Below, in pieces: positions 1 through 8,805 of a stretch of 33,509 nucleotides of DNA. The stretch lies in IMG/VR virus record IMGVR_UViG_2778261537_000013. One strand, 5' to 3'. The position numbers and the translations under genes are program-made. Source of the DNA: a virus (lineage: Duplodnaviria; Heunggongvirae; Uroviricota; Caudoviricetes). Position 1 is the first letter of the stretch. The number at the start of each line of letters is the position of its first letter. The notes under the pieces are model-generated. The model saw only the letters and a program-made list of their open reading frames with translations. It did no database searches and was not told the DNA's origin.

Positions 1-141
1 TTACTGCTTACACTGTAAGAACGCCGCAAACTCCGCTCCCCAGAAGCTCATCCGTATTTCGCACAGTGAACCGTGCAGCATCCAGATGATGAGGATTGCC
101 GTCACGCAGAACGTGATGGCCGTAAGCGATTTTTGCGACAT
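1..141 (-). CDS. Hok/Gef-family type I toxin-like small membrane protein (46 aa)
   Basis: Not in the ORF track (<60 aa). Hand translation of the minus strand from ATG 141..139 to TAA 3..1 gives MSQKSLTAITFCVTAILIIWMLHGSLCEIRMSFWGAEFAAFLQCKQ: an N-terminal hydrophobic helix followed by an LCEIR motif, as in Hok/Gef/RelF toxins. AAGGAG lies 8 nt upstream of the ATG. Confidence 0.5.
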   Translation of the reverse strand: MSQKSLTAITFCVTAILIIWMLHGSLCEIRMSFWGAEFAAFLQCKQ

Positions 142-271
142 AGCACTTGCTCCTTTTCTGGAGAGGCGCTAACCTTTCACTTGTCAAGGTAATGCGGTTA
201 GGGCCTCGGTTAAACAGGTATGTTTTCCGGGGCCTTTCCACATCTGGCCTTCGGGTATTCCCTCCGACCAT
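8..271 (-). CDS. Mok-like overlapping reading frame covering the hok-like gene (87 codons)
   Basis: ORF-track frame 8..271 starts upstream of the hok-like ATG, reads through it in another frame and stops just past it. This is the hok/mok translational-coupling architecture; the protein itself is not recognisable. Confidence 0.3.
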   Translation of the reverse strand: MVGGNTRRPDVERPRKTYLFNRGPNRITLTSERLAPLQKRSKCYVAKIAYGHHVLRDGNPHHLDAARFTVRNTDELLGSGVCGVLTV

Positions 272-331
272 CAGCCGAAAGGCACCCGCGCGTAATCTAT
301 CGCTTTTTTGTTACTCCGGCAATTCTGCCTG

Positions 332-592
332 TTAATTCTGAGGTAAAGGCAAGCTCATCTGATTGTTTCCCCTGTGTGAAGCTGGCAGCTCATGCCACGG
401 GATACCTTCTGAAGAGTGAACGCCGGAGGCGTGTTTCGATGTGAATTTATGGAAAGCTTCCAGTGTTGAGAAGCATACGCCGCATTCCAGGTTGTTACAC
501 TGGTAATACTTTTGCCGCACAGTGTTTGAATCATTTTCCGGACGACTGGTGCGGATGCGGGCAGATGCGCCACAAAGCGGACAACGGAACAT
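332..592 (-). CDS. ogr: Ogr/Delta-family zinc-finger late-gene transcriptional activator
   Basis: N-terminus MFRCPLCGASARIRTSRPENDSNTVRQKYYQCNNLECGVCF carries the Cys-X2-Cys...Cys-X4-Cys spacing and RTSR motif of P2 Ogr. It is co-directional with D, as in P2. The 86-aa ORF is longer than the 72-aa P2 Ogr, so the C-terminal end is uncertain. Confidence 0.8.
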   Translation of the reverse strand: MFRCPLCGASARIRTSRPENDSNTVRQKYYQCNNLECGVCFSTLEAFHKFTSKHASGVHSSEGIPWHELPASHRGNNQMSLPLPQN

Positions 593-768
593 AGCGACCT
601 CCCTAACGTGGTGCTGCCGCTATTCTAAGTTGTATAAGTTGAGATTCCAACTAACAGCCTGCTTTGAACGATGTTATGATGCATATCTGTGTATTAGTGC
701 ACGGTAGAAACTGTGGTTATCAATTAAAACAAGCAGAAATTATTCTTTCATCTGGAAATGGATAAAAA

Positions 769-1593
769 ATGACTGACTTTAAATATCAATCTGATAGTTA
801 TGATAGACAATCACAAAAATTTGTTATTCCGCTCTACATACGAAATGAACTAGGCGATTATAATTATTCATCGACTGGAACGTTTATATATTACAAGCAA
901 TCACACTATGTGGTTTTTGCTGCTCATGCTCTGAGGGATAAAGATGACATCAGAAATATTTACATACTGGGTTCTGATGGTGAATTTTTTGCTTTGACTA
1001 GTATCTCTATAGGACATCGAATTTTTGAAGAAGATGATTTAGTCATTGTCGATTGCTTTAATATGATACTTGATGGGAAAAATTATTTCTCGCTTAAAGA
1101 TAATTTCAATTTTATTGGATTTGATAAGAAACATTTTGCATGGACAGGCTTCCCTAAAAACTGGTGCAAAACACAAACAATTCACAGAACAAAACGCCCT
1201 AGTTCAATAGTAAATCAAACGGTAGCTTCTAACGAAGATGGCCTGTTTTTTAAAAATGCCAAGTATTTCACTATAATATCCGAGGTTAAAACATTCAATA
1301 AAATTGAAATAACAGGAACATACAAGGTTAAGAATATAGATTTAAAATATAAAGGACAGGTAAGTAAAGGCCCTTCTCCAGAGGGAATGAGTGGTGGTGC
1401 AATGTATTTTTTCTCTAAGGGGCAAGAATTAAAAAAAGAACTGGAGTCAACATTTCTTTTGGCTGGAATTGGTTTGTCTTTTAAAAAAGATGGAACAATA
1501 GTGGGAATTAGCCGTTATCGTATGATTGAGCTATTTGAACAGTTTAATGAAGAATCACCTATAGAGTGTTCTCTTCATTTTCAACAAGAATAA
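769..1593 (+). CDS. Cytoplasmic trypsin/chymotrypsin-fold serine protease-like protein (AT-rich cargo)
   Basis: 274-aa ORF with no N-terminal signal peptide. Candidate catalytic triad in canonical order: His in VVFAAHAL, Asp in DDLVIVD, Ser in GPSPEGMSGGAMYF (GDSGG-like). Strongly AT-rich compared with flanking phage genes, on the opposite strand to ogr and D, with its own terminator. Confidence 0.6.
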   Translation: MTDFKYQSDSYDRQSQKFVIPLYIRNELGDYNYSSTGTFIYYKQSHYVVFAAHALRDKDDIRNIYILGSDGEFFALTSISIGHRIFEEDDLVIVDCFNMILDGKNYFSLKDNFNFIGFDKKHFAWTGFPKNWCKTQTIHRTKRPSSIVNQTVASNEDGLFFKNAKYFTIISEVKTFNKIEITGTYKVKNIDLKYKGQVSKGPSPEGMSGGAMYFFSKGQELKKELESTFLLAGIGLSFKKDGTIVGISRYRMIELFEQFNEESPIECSLHFQQE

Positions 1594-1620
1594 TCCCTGT
1601 GCTCCAATTATACAAAATCA

Positions 1621-1649
1621 CAGCCTCTGTATGAGGCTGTTTTATTTTT
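1621..1649 (+). terminator. Intrinsic terminator downstream of the protease-like gene
   Basis: Hairpin cagcctc-tgtat-gaggctg (7-bp stem) followed directly by TTTTATTTTT. Confidence 0.6.
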
Positions 1650-1809
1650 AACCATTAATTCTTCAATGTGCATAAGCACTATTTAAATGAGCCAAGAAGA
1701 ATATGCTACTAGCTAACAACTCACTATTTAGCATAGAGCCAATTGTTAGATTAAAATCTGGAGATAAGTGTGCCAGCTTGAGTCTGGGTCAATACGTCTA
1801 AATTACTCA

Positions 1810-2916
1810 CTATGTTTCTGCTATCCATTCCGGGATTTTTGCTTCAAGCTCAAGCTGTGTGGTAAAGCCGCTGTTATCAATGGTGTGCTCGGCTTTTGCA
1901 ATAATCCAGTCCTGATTATCAATCTCGCTTTTAAATCCTGTTACCGTGCCATGCATTTCGGGGTAGAGTTCTGCGCGTCCACGTGCCAGTGTGATGGAGA
2001 ATGATGCGGCTCCGCGTTGTAGCTGCTGCCACTTTGCCGCCGCTGCGCGTCTTGCTGCCTGCTCGTTCTGATAAGTCTTGCGTAACACAAACACATTGCC
2101 TTCCGCGCCTTCCATATAATCACCTTCACGGCTGCTGCTTTTCTCCTTTTTGGGTTTTGGCGGTTTGCGGCGTTTCACGCTGACTTTTTTCTTTTTCCCG
2201 TAATTAAGATCAAGCCAGTAAGCGCGTACCCCCGTATACGCTTCGCGGTCAGCAATGCGGAACTGATGGCGATCGCCGCTGCTGCGTGTAATGGCGAACG
2301 AGGGCAACGGCTGGCCCTGCGCGTTCACACCACCACCTGGCATGATGAATAACAGATTGCCGCTTTTTACCGTGGTGATTGCGCCCAGCATTTCCGCCAT
2401 GCGCGTAAGGAAGGACATGTCGCTTTCTTCGGTCTGGTCGGCGTGGTCGATTTCGATATCCATCAGCATTTCGCTGATTTGCGGTTTCAGACCGTACCGA
2501 TGAGCGATGGCGGATACCACACGCTCAACGGTAACATCATGCCAGGACACCTCACGTTTAACGTTAAATTCATCCCGAAAATCTGCGCTTCTGGCTGAAA
2601 CAGTCAGCCTGTCCGGCGGTCCTTCGTGAGCGATTTCATCAACAATGTAAGTGCCTTTTTCTGTCAGCGGTTCTCCTTTCCAGCCAATGAGAACCGTCAG
2701 GCGCGCGCCCCGTGGCGGTAGCTGCAACTGACCATCCGCATCATCCAGCGTGATGGTGAGCTGGTCCGCCTCAAATCCCCGGTTGTCGGTCAGTGACAGG
2801 CTCATCAGGCGCTCTGCCACGCCTGACAACGTTTTACCCTCCGCGAGAATATCAAAATCCGGCATTTTCACGGGGTCTGTGCCCTGACTGAGCAATTGCA
2901 TGGTGGTGTCGGTCAT
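1810..2916 (-). CDS. D: Tail protein gpD (late control gene D family)
   Basis: Protein from MTDTTMQLLSQGTDPV onward matches P2 gpD motifs (LTDNRGFEADQL, GPPDRLT, SARSADF, REVSWHD, SFLTRMAE, GVRAYWLDL). Start set at ATG 2916..2914, preceded by GGGAGGG; the ORF-track frame is open further upstream to 3048. Confidence 0.9.
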   Translation of the reverse strand: MTDTTMQLLSQGTDPVKMPDFDILAEGKTLSGVAERLMSLSLTDNRGFEADQLTITLDDADGQLQLPPRGARLTVLIGWKGEPLTEKGTYIVDEIAHEGPPDRLTVSARSADFRDEFNVKREVSWHDVTVERVVSAIAHRYGLKPQISEMLMDIEIDHADQTEESDMSFLTRMAEMLGAITTVKSGNLLFIMPGGGVNAQGQPLPSFAITRSSGDRHQFRIADREAYTGVRAYWLDLNYGKKKKVSVKRRKPPKPKKEKSSSREGDYMEGAEGNVFVLRKTYQNEQAARRAAAAKWQQLQRGAASFSITLARGRAELYPEMHGTVTGFKSEIDNQDWIIAKAEHTIDNSGFTTQLELEAKIPEWIAET

Positions 2917-3073
2917 TTGTTCCCTCCCTGTGCGGCATGGTCGCATGTGCGTGTGGAGGGGGTTACTGCTTTTTGTTGTCGTCGAATCGGGAGAACGGCG
3001 CAGGGGTGAGATTACGCGCGTGGTGGGTGATGATTGTTGCCGAATCATTTAACGGATACAAGGGGCTGAAGCT

Positions 3074-4258
3074 ATGAGTGAAACTCGTTTTCATGGTGCC
3101 CGTGTTACGGAAAGTACCGACCTGGTAACAGCGATTAATGATGTTGATTCCAGTGTTATCGGTATCGTGGCAACGGCGGATGATGCGGACGCGGAGCTGT
3201 TCCCGCTGAACAAGCCCACACTGCTGACCCGCGTCAATGACGTGCTGGGAAAATGCGGGACAACGGGGACGCTTTATCGTGCGCTTAAGGCTATCGCAGA
3301 CCAGGTGAGCACAAAGGTGATCGTCGTTCGCGTGGCTGAACACAAAGAAGAAGACGGAAAGACACAGGATCAACTGGTTATCGGTGGTTCTGAATCTGAC
3401 GGCAGCTATACGGGGATGTATGCGCTGCTTGTTGCAGAGCAGGATGAAAGCATCGGATACCGTCCGCGTATTCTGGCTGCGCCGGAGCTGGACACGGAGG
3501 CGGTAACAAAATCCCTGTGCGTGATTGCGGGTAAACTGCGCGCGTTTGTGTATGCCTCATGTCACGGCTGTAACACGATGGCTGAGGTGATTACCTACCG
3601 CCAGAAATTCAACGAACGTGAGGTGATGCTCTTATGGCCGGACTTCATCGCCTACAACCCGAAAAGTGGTAAAAACGAAACGTTCCCCGCGCCTGCCTAT
3701 GCGTGCGGCCTTCGTGCGTACATTGACCATGAGCAGGGATGGCACAAATCACTGTCCAACGTTCCGGTTAAAAATGTGCTGGGGATGTCGAGGCATGTTT
3801 TCTGGTCGTTGCAGGCCGAAGACAGTGATGCCAACAGCCTTAACAACAAAGAAATCACGACCATTATTCGTCGCAACGGGTTCCGCTTCTGGGGCAACCG
3901 CACACCGGAAACGAACGCCTACATCTTTGAGGTGTATACCCGAACCGCACAGGTGCTGGCTGATTCAATTGCGGAAGCGCAGTTTGAAACCATCGACAGT
4001 CCACTGACACCTGCGAACGTGAAGGATGTTATCAGTGCCATCAGGGCAAAACTGGATTCACTGGTTACTGCCGGGAGACTGATTGGCGCGGAGTGCTGGT
4101 ATGACGTGGTGGATAACAGCACCACGGATTTACGTCAGGGGCGTGTGCGTATTCGCTACAAATATACGCCCGTTCCGCCACTGGAAGACATGGAGCTTTA
4201 CCAGACGTTTACTGATGAATACTTTGAACCCGCATTTGCGGCGCTGGGAGGTGCCTGA
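3074..4258 (+). CDS. FI: Contractile tail sheath protein gpFI
   Basis: 394 aa with P2 FI-like motifs (FPLNKP, GKLRAF, WPDF, HEQGWHKSLSNV, IRRNGFRFWGNRT, YTRTAQV, YTPVPPLE). Confidence 0.92.
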   Translation: MSETRFHGARVTESTDLVTAINDVDSSVIGIVATADDADAELFPLNKPTLLTRVNDVLGKCGTTGTLYRALKAIADQVSTKVIVVRVAEHKEEDGKTQDQLVIGGSESDGSYTGMYALLVAEQDESIGYRPRILAAPELDTEAVTKSLCVIAGKLRAFVYASCHGCNTMAEVITYRQKFNEREVMLLWPDFIAYNPKSGKNETFPAPAYACGLRAYIDHEQGWHKSLSNVPVKNVLGMSRHVFWSLQAEDSDANSLNNKEITTIIRRNGFRFWGNRTPETNAYIFEVYTRTAQVLADSIAEAQFETIDSPLTPANVKDVISAIRAKLDSLVTAGRLIGAECWYDVVDNSTTDLRQGRVRIRYKYTPVPPLEDMELYQTFTDEYFEPAFAALGGA

Positions 4259-4770
4259 TGGCTGTGCCAAAACATCTTCGCTTTTTTACGCTGTTTGTGG
4301 ATGGTGAAAACGAAGTGGGTAAGGTGACGTCCGTCACTCTGCCTAAGCTGACGCGCAAAACCGACAGCTACCGGGGGGGCGGCATGATGGGTGCGGTAAG
4401 TATTGATCTCGGTCTGGACGACTCCGCGCTTGATGCGAGCTTTGTCATGGGGGGCGCAGTTCGTGAGCTGTTCCTTAAGTATGGCGGCACGATTGACGGC
4501 ACGCTGCTGCGTTTTGCGGGTGAATACTACACCGATGCAGAAAGCGACCTGTATGAAGTCGAAATGCGCGGACGTGTGACGGAAATTGATATGGGGGAGG
4601 CCAAACAGGGCGAAGCCACATCACACACTTACGCCATTAAAAACACCTACTACAAGCTGAGTGTTAACGATCGCCCGTTGTGGGAGATTGACCTGCTGAA
4701 CTTCATTTACCGGAAGGACGGCAAGGACATTGTGCCCGATCGCATCCGTTCCGCGCTTGGGCTTGGCTGA
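4258..4770 (+). CDS. FII: Tail tube protein gpFII
   Basis: 170 aa immediately after FI with an overlapping stop/start; P2 FII-like sequence and size. Confidence 0.9.
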   Translation: MAVPKHLRFFTLFVDGENEVGKVTSVTLPKLTRKTDSYRGGGMMGAVSIDLGLDDSALDASFVMGGAVRELFLKYGGTIDGTLLRFAGEYYTDAESDLYEVEMRGRVTEIDMGEAKQGEATSHTYAIKNTYYKLSVNDRPLWEIDLLNFIYRKDGKDIVPDRIRSALGLG

Positions 4771-4824
4771 TAAGTAATATGCAGGCGGCGCAGTGCGTCG
4801 CCTCTGACTGCAAGGAGTTTCCTG

Positions 4825-5190
4825 ATGAAAGAGACGAAAAACATCGATACCGAAAACACGGTAGTTGCTGACACGGTGAAAGAAACCAGTGAGCGTGGCG
4901 TAAAACTTACCCAACCAATTGAGCGAGGCGGCGAAAAAATCACGTATGTGGAGATCACCGGGGCTATTGAGCAGGCTGGATCTCTGCGAGATTTGTCGCT
5001 GTCTGATGTGCTGAATCTGAAAGCGGAATCCATGTTTACGCTGCTGTCACGCGTGACATCACCGCGACTGGATGAAGTGACGATCAAAAAAATGGCATCC
5101 CGTGACTTTATTCAGTTATGTGTGGTTGCCGTAAATTTTTTGAGCGGTGCGGACTCTGGCGGGAAGAACGAACAGGCGACGGAAGCCTGA
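4825..5190 (+). CDS. E: Tail assembly chaperone gpE (zero-frame product)
   Basis: 121-aa ORF between tube and tape-measure genes, with a T-run slippery site near its 3' end. Confidence 0.85.
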   Translation: MKETKNIDTENTVVADTVKETSERGVKLTQPIERGGEKITYVEITGAIEQAGSLRDLSLSDVLNLKAESMFTLLSRVTSPRLDEVTIKKMASRDFIQLCVVAVNFLSGADSGGKNEQATEA

Positions 5191-5354
5191 TCACGGTTGT
5201 GTGCTTTGAGCACATAGAAGACTTTGTGGCAGATATTGCCGTTATTTTTAACTGGTCGCCCGCCGAAATCTTCATGATGACGCCCGGCGAAGTGGTTAGC
5301 TGGCGTGAGCGGGCGGCACTTCGCAGCGGGAATGCAGATAATGAAGACTCTTGA
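4825..5354 (+). CDS. E': gpE+E' extended tail assembly chaperone made by a programmed -1 frameshift
   Basis: The -1 frame (ORF track 5118..5354) is open across the 3' end of E. Slipping at AAT TTT TTG yields ...NFF ERCGLWREERTGDGSLITVV..., matching the downstream ORF, which ends where T begins. Confidence 0.7.
5136..5142 (+). other. Candidate -1 frameshift slippery heptamer (TTTTTTG) of the E/E' pair
   Basis: T6G run located inside the E/E' frame overlap; the same arrangement is described for P2 E/E'. Confidence 0.65.
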
Positions 5355-8148
5355 TATCCGGGTCGCTTTCAGCGCCGTTGACAGGCTGACCCGGCCTGCC
5401 GAAAACGCCCGCCGCCTGATGGGGCAGTTTGGTGACTCCATCCAGCGAACGCAGGGGGCGATCAAAAATCTCGAGCGTCAGGCGCGTTCATTTGAGCGCG
5501 CCCGCGACGCTGTCAGTAAAGCGGATGCTGGCATATTGAAAGCACGACGCCAGCTTAACGCCCTTAATCAGTTACAACGCACGGGTACAGTGCTCAGCGA
5601 AAAACAACAAAAGCTGATGCAGCAGTTAAGCACCCGGCTTGAACGCCTGAATGAATCGCGCACACGGGAAATTCAGAAAATGCGGGAGCTTGGCGGAGAG
5701 CTGAAACGCCACGGCATTTCCCTGACAGGCAGCGATAACACCATCCAGCAGGCCATCAGACGCACCGAACAGTACAACAACCAGCTTGAACGCGAACGGC
5801 AGGCGCTTGCGCGTGTAACACGGGCGCGTGAGCGGTATTCGCGCGCGCAGGAAACAGCGGGAAAACTGAAAACAGGTGGTGCGCTGGCAATTGGTGCGGC
5901 AGCGGCGGGCGGCTATGCTGCCGGGCGTTTTTTGCAGCCTGCGATCGGGTTCGGCAAAGAGATGTCCCGCGTTCAGGCACTGACGCGAATCGACAAAAAC
6001 AGCCCGCAGTTTAAGGCGCTGCGTGAGCAGGCGTTAAAACTTGGCTCTGAAACACAGTTTACTGCGAGTGATGCCGCCAGTGGGCAGAGCTTTCTGGCAA
6101 TGGCTGGTTTTACTCCGCAGGCCATTCAGGCCGCATTGCCCGGTGTTCTTAATATGGCGCTGGCAGGTGGCGTCGAACTCGGCGAGACGGCTGATATAGG
6201 CTCCAATATCCTCACACAGTTCAACCTGACAGCCGATCAAATGGACCGGGTGGGCGATACGCTGACAGCAGCATTCACCCGGACCAATACTGATTTACGC
6301 GCGCTGGGCGAAACCATGAAGTATACCGGTCCGGTTGCCGCAAAACTTGGTATCAGTCTTGAAGAAGCGGCGGCCATGGCCGGGATGCTTGCCAATAATG
6401 GTCTTCGCGGAAGCGATGCTGGCACGGCCATGCGCGCAAGTCTGTCCCGCCTTGCATCACCGCCAAAAGCTGCGGCTGATGCGCTGAAAGAGCTGGGGGT
6501 GTCAGTTGCTGACGCCAGAGGCAAAATGCGCCCGATGGAGGATGTGCTGCTTGATCTCTATAAGGCGACACAAAAATACGGACAGGTGGACCAGGTTTCC
6601 TTCTTCAAGGACATCGCCGGAGAAGAGGCGTTTGTTGGTTTACAGACGCTTGTTGCAGCGGCTGGTTCAGGAGAGCTGCAAAAACTGACCAGAGAATTGC
6701 AGGGGGCAAGGGGAGAGGCCGATCGCGTTGCAAAAGTAATGGCCGATAATCTTGATGGTGACCTGAAAAATCTCGACAGCGCATGGGAAGGTCTTCGTAT
6801 TCGCATCAGTGATCTGGTTGACGGTCCGCTGCGTTCTGTCACGCAGTGGCTCACGCGGGTACTTGAAAAAATCACCTCGCTGGCGCAGGCCCATCCGGTA
6901 CTGACGCGCCAGCTACTGATAGCAGGCGGTGCGTTGCTGGCAATGACTGCAACGATTGGCTCGTTGTCACTGGTTATTGGGGTGCTTTACGGGAAGCTGG
7001 CCACCCTGCGTCTTGGTTTCGAAATTCTTACCCGGTCAATGAATGTTGTCAGAGTGTTGCCTGCGTTATGGGGAATGGTGACGGGGTCCGTTTCTTTACT
7101 GGGAGGCGCTATCGGGGCGTTGTTCAGTCCGGTCGGTCTTATCGTGGCTGCGCTTGCCGGAGCTGCCGTTCTCATCTGGAAATACTGGGATCCCATCAGG
7201 GCATTTTTTGCCGGGGTGTTCAGCGGGATTATGGAAAGGCTGACCCCGTTGCGCGAAACCTTTGAACGGTTTGGCCCTGTTTTTGACGCAATCGGAAGCG
7301 GGATCAGCCAGGTGTTTAACTGGTTTAAATCGCTGTTGTCACCGATGGAGTCCAGCAAGGAAACGCTGGATAAATGTACCAGTGCTGGCGAGATATTCGG
7401 TAACGTTCTTGGTGGCGCGCTACAGCTTGTTCTGACGCCTGCAAAAATGTTGCTGGATACGCTGGCGTGGATACTTGAAAAACTCGGTGTGCTTCCGGAT
7501 GAAGCGGAAAGGGCGAGAAAGAAAATCGAAGACGCACAGCGTGCGGCCATTCTTCAGGACAAGGTTGCTCTGTTTCAGGGAGACATTGCGAAAATCAATC
7601 CGCCGAAGTCTGCGGAAAATGGCAATGGCACCGGAGGCGATAAACCCAAAGACAACAAACCGCTCACAGACAGCAATACCGGCACGTTACGCAGACTCAG
7701 CAAAATTGCTGATAACACAGGTAAGCTGGTTGATGAGACGAAAAAACGCATTGGCCCCGGCGATATTGTCTTTAAGAACCTGCCCCGCGCACTTGCTGTT
7801 CGTGGGGAGTGGCAGGAGCGGAAGATTGCACAGGTCAGTAAGCCTGCCCCCGCAATTAATATCACCCCCGTGGTCCCGGCTCCGCTGCCTCCGGCGCTGG
7901 TCCCTGTTGTTGCGGCCAGCTCCCGCCCGGTGGCGGAGGCCATACGATCTCCAGTGGCATCAGTTCCTGTAACTTCCCGTAACCGGGAGCCTGTTGCCTC
8001 CGGATTTGGTGGTGAAATTCATGTTCATCTGCATAACGTTGTTACGCAGAATCCCCGCGAACTGGCGAAACTGGTCGGTGAAATGGTCAGGGCAGAATTG
8101 GAACGACGCGACCGTGCCGGACGTGGCAGTTTTTACGATAAAGATTGA
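5341..8148 (+). CDS. T: Tail tape measure protein gpT
   Basis: About 936 aa with an N-terminal coiled-coil region, a central alanine/glycine-rich segment and hydrophobic stretches, in the position after E/E'. Start chosen at ATG 5341 (MKTLDIR); in-frame alternatives at 5305 and 5332 cannot be excluded. Confidence 0.85.
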   Translation: MKTLDIRVAFSAVDRLTRPAENARRLMGQFGDSIQRTQGAIKNLERQARSFERARDAVSKADAGILKARRQLNALNQLQRTGTVLSEKQQKLMQQLSTRLERLNESRTREIQKMRELGGELKRHGISLTGSDNTIQQAIRRTEQYNNQLERERQALARVTRARERYSRAQETAGKLKTGGALAIGAAAAGGYAAGRFLQPAIGFGKEMSRVQALTRIDKNSPQFKALREQALKLGSETQFTASDAASGQSFLAMAGFTPQAIQAALPGVLNMALAGGVELGETADIGSNILTQFNLTADQMDRVGDTLTAAFTRTNTDLRALGETMKYTGPVAAKLGISLEEAAAMAGMLANNGLRGSDAGTAMRASLSRLASPPKAAADALKELGVSVADARGKMRPMEDVLLDLYKATQKYGQVDQVSFFKDIAGEEAFVGLQTLVAAAGSGELQKLTRELQGARGEADRVAKVMADNLDGDLKNLDSAWEGLRIRISDLVDGPLRSVTQWLTRVLEKITSLAQAHPVLTRQLLIAGGALLAMTATIGSLSLVIGVLYGKLATLRLGFEILTRSMNVVRVLPALWGMVTGSVSLLGGAIGALFSPVGLIVAALAGAAVLIWKYWDPIRAFFAGVFSGIMERLTPLRETFERFGPVFDAIGSGISQVFNWFKSLLSPMESSKETLDKCTSAGEIFGNVLGGALQLVLTPAKMLLDTLAWILEKLGVLPDEAERARKKIEDAQRAAILQDKVALFQGDIAKINPPKSAENGNGTGGDKPKDNKPLTDSNTGTLRRLSKIADNTGKLVDETKKRIGPGDIVFKNLPRALAVRGEWQERKIAQVSKPAPAINITPVVPAPLPPALVPVVAASSRPVAEAIRSPVASVPVTSRNREPVASGFGGEIHVHLHNVVTQNPRELAKLVGEMVRAELERRDRAGRGSFYDKD

Positions 8149-8154
8149 GGAGTC

Positions 8155-8649
8155 ATGGCCATGATGATGATCTACGGCATGTTTGTTTTTGAGTTGCGCA
8201 CGTTGCCGCATCAGCAGTTACAGCAAAACAAAAGCTGGCGACATGTGAAAAATGAACGCGTTAACCGTTCGGCAAGCTGGCAGTATATCGGTGCAGGTGA
8301 TGATCGCATCGTTCTTTCGGGTGTTCTTTATCCTGAGATTACAGGTGGCGAAGTGTCGCTGTCGTTGTTGACCACGCAGGCATATACAGGACGCCCCTGG
8401 CCTCTGATTGATGGCGTCGGGCAGATTTACGGCATGTATGTCCTGACCGGAACGAATACGACCCGCTCCGAGTTTGATCGCTACGGTAAGGCGAAAAAGA
8501 TAGAATTTTCACTGACTCTTGAACGCTGTGATGAGGATTTGCGGGAGCGCCTGCAATCCTCATCGTTCAGCGATATGTTGTCCGGCTTCAAAGATAAGGT
8601 GACATCATCCCTTAACAGCGCGGCCAGTTCAGTTAAGGGGCTGCTCTGA
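8155..8649 (+). CDS. U: Tail protein gpU
   Basis: 164 aa; MMMIYGMFVFELRTLP...SWRH...ITLSGVLYPEITGG...WPLIDG resembles the P2 gpU family; lies directly after T. Confidence 0.88.
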   Translation: MAMMMIYGMFVFELRTLPHQQLQQNKSWRHVKNERVNRSASWQYIGAGDDRIVLSGVLYPEITGGEVSLSLLTTQAYTGRPWPLIDGVGQIYGMYVLTGTNTTRSEFDRYGKAKKIEFSLTLERCDEDLRERLQSSSFSDMLSGFKDKVTSSLNSAASSVKGLL

Positions 8650-8659
8650 TTTAACGTAT

Positions 8660-8702
8660 GTCGCCAGTTTCCTGATGAAGGTGACTGGCGACTTGCTGTT
8701 GT
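8660..8702 (+). terminator. Candidate intrinsic terminator after U
   Basis: 9-bp inverted repeat gtcgccagt / actggcgac with a 15-nt loop, followed by a T-rich tract (ttgctgttgt). Confidence 0.45.
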
Positions 8703-8805
8703 ATGTCCTTCTCAGAAAATTGTTTTTGAATAACAAATAACAGGATTTTATAATCTCTTAACCTTATAACATGTGTGGTCTGAAATAATAATTAAGGAGA
8801 TTATC

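Noticed and set aside
147-444. Plus-strand ORFs 147..335 and 220..444 in the hok/ogr region
   Set aside because: Overlap ogr and the hok leader on the opposite strand; no start context and no recognisable protein features.
6987-7550. 187-aa minus-strand ORF (and several other 60-120 aa frames) inside the tape measure gene
   Set aside because: Antisense or out of frame to gpT; low-complexity Ser/Ala-rich translation; no ribosome-binding site context.
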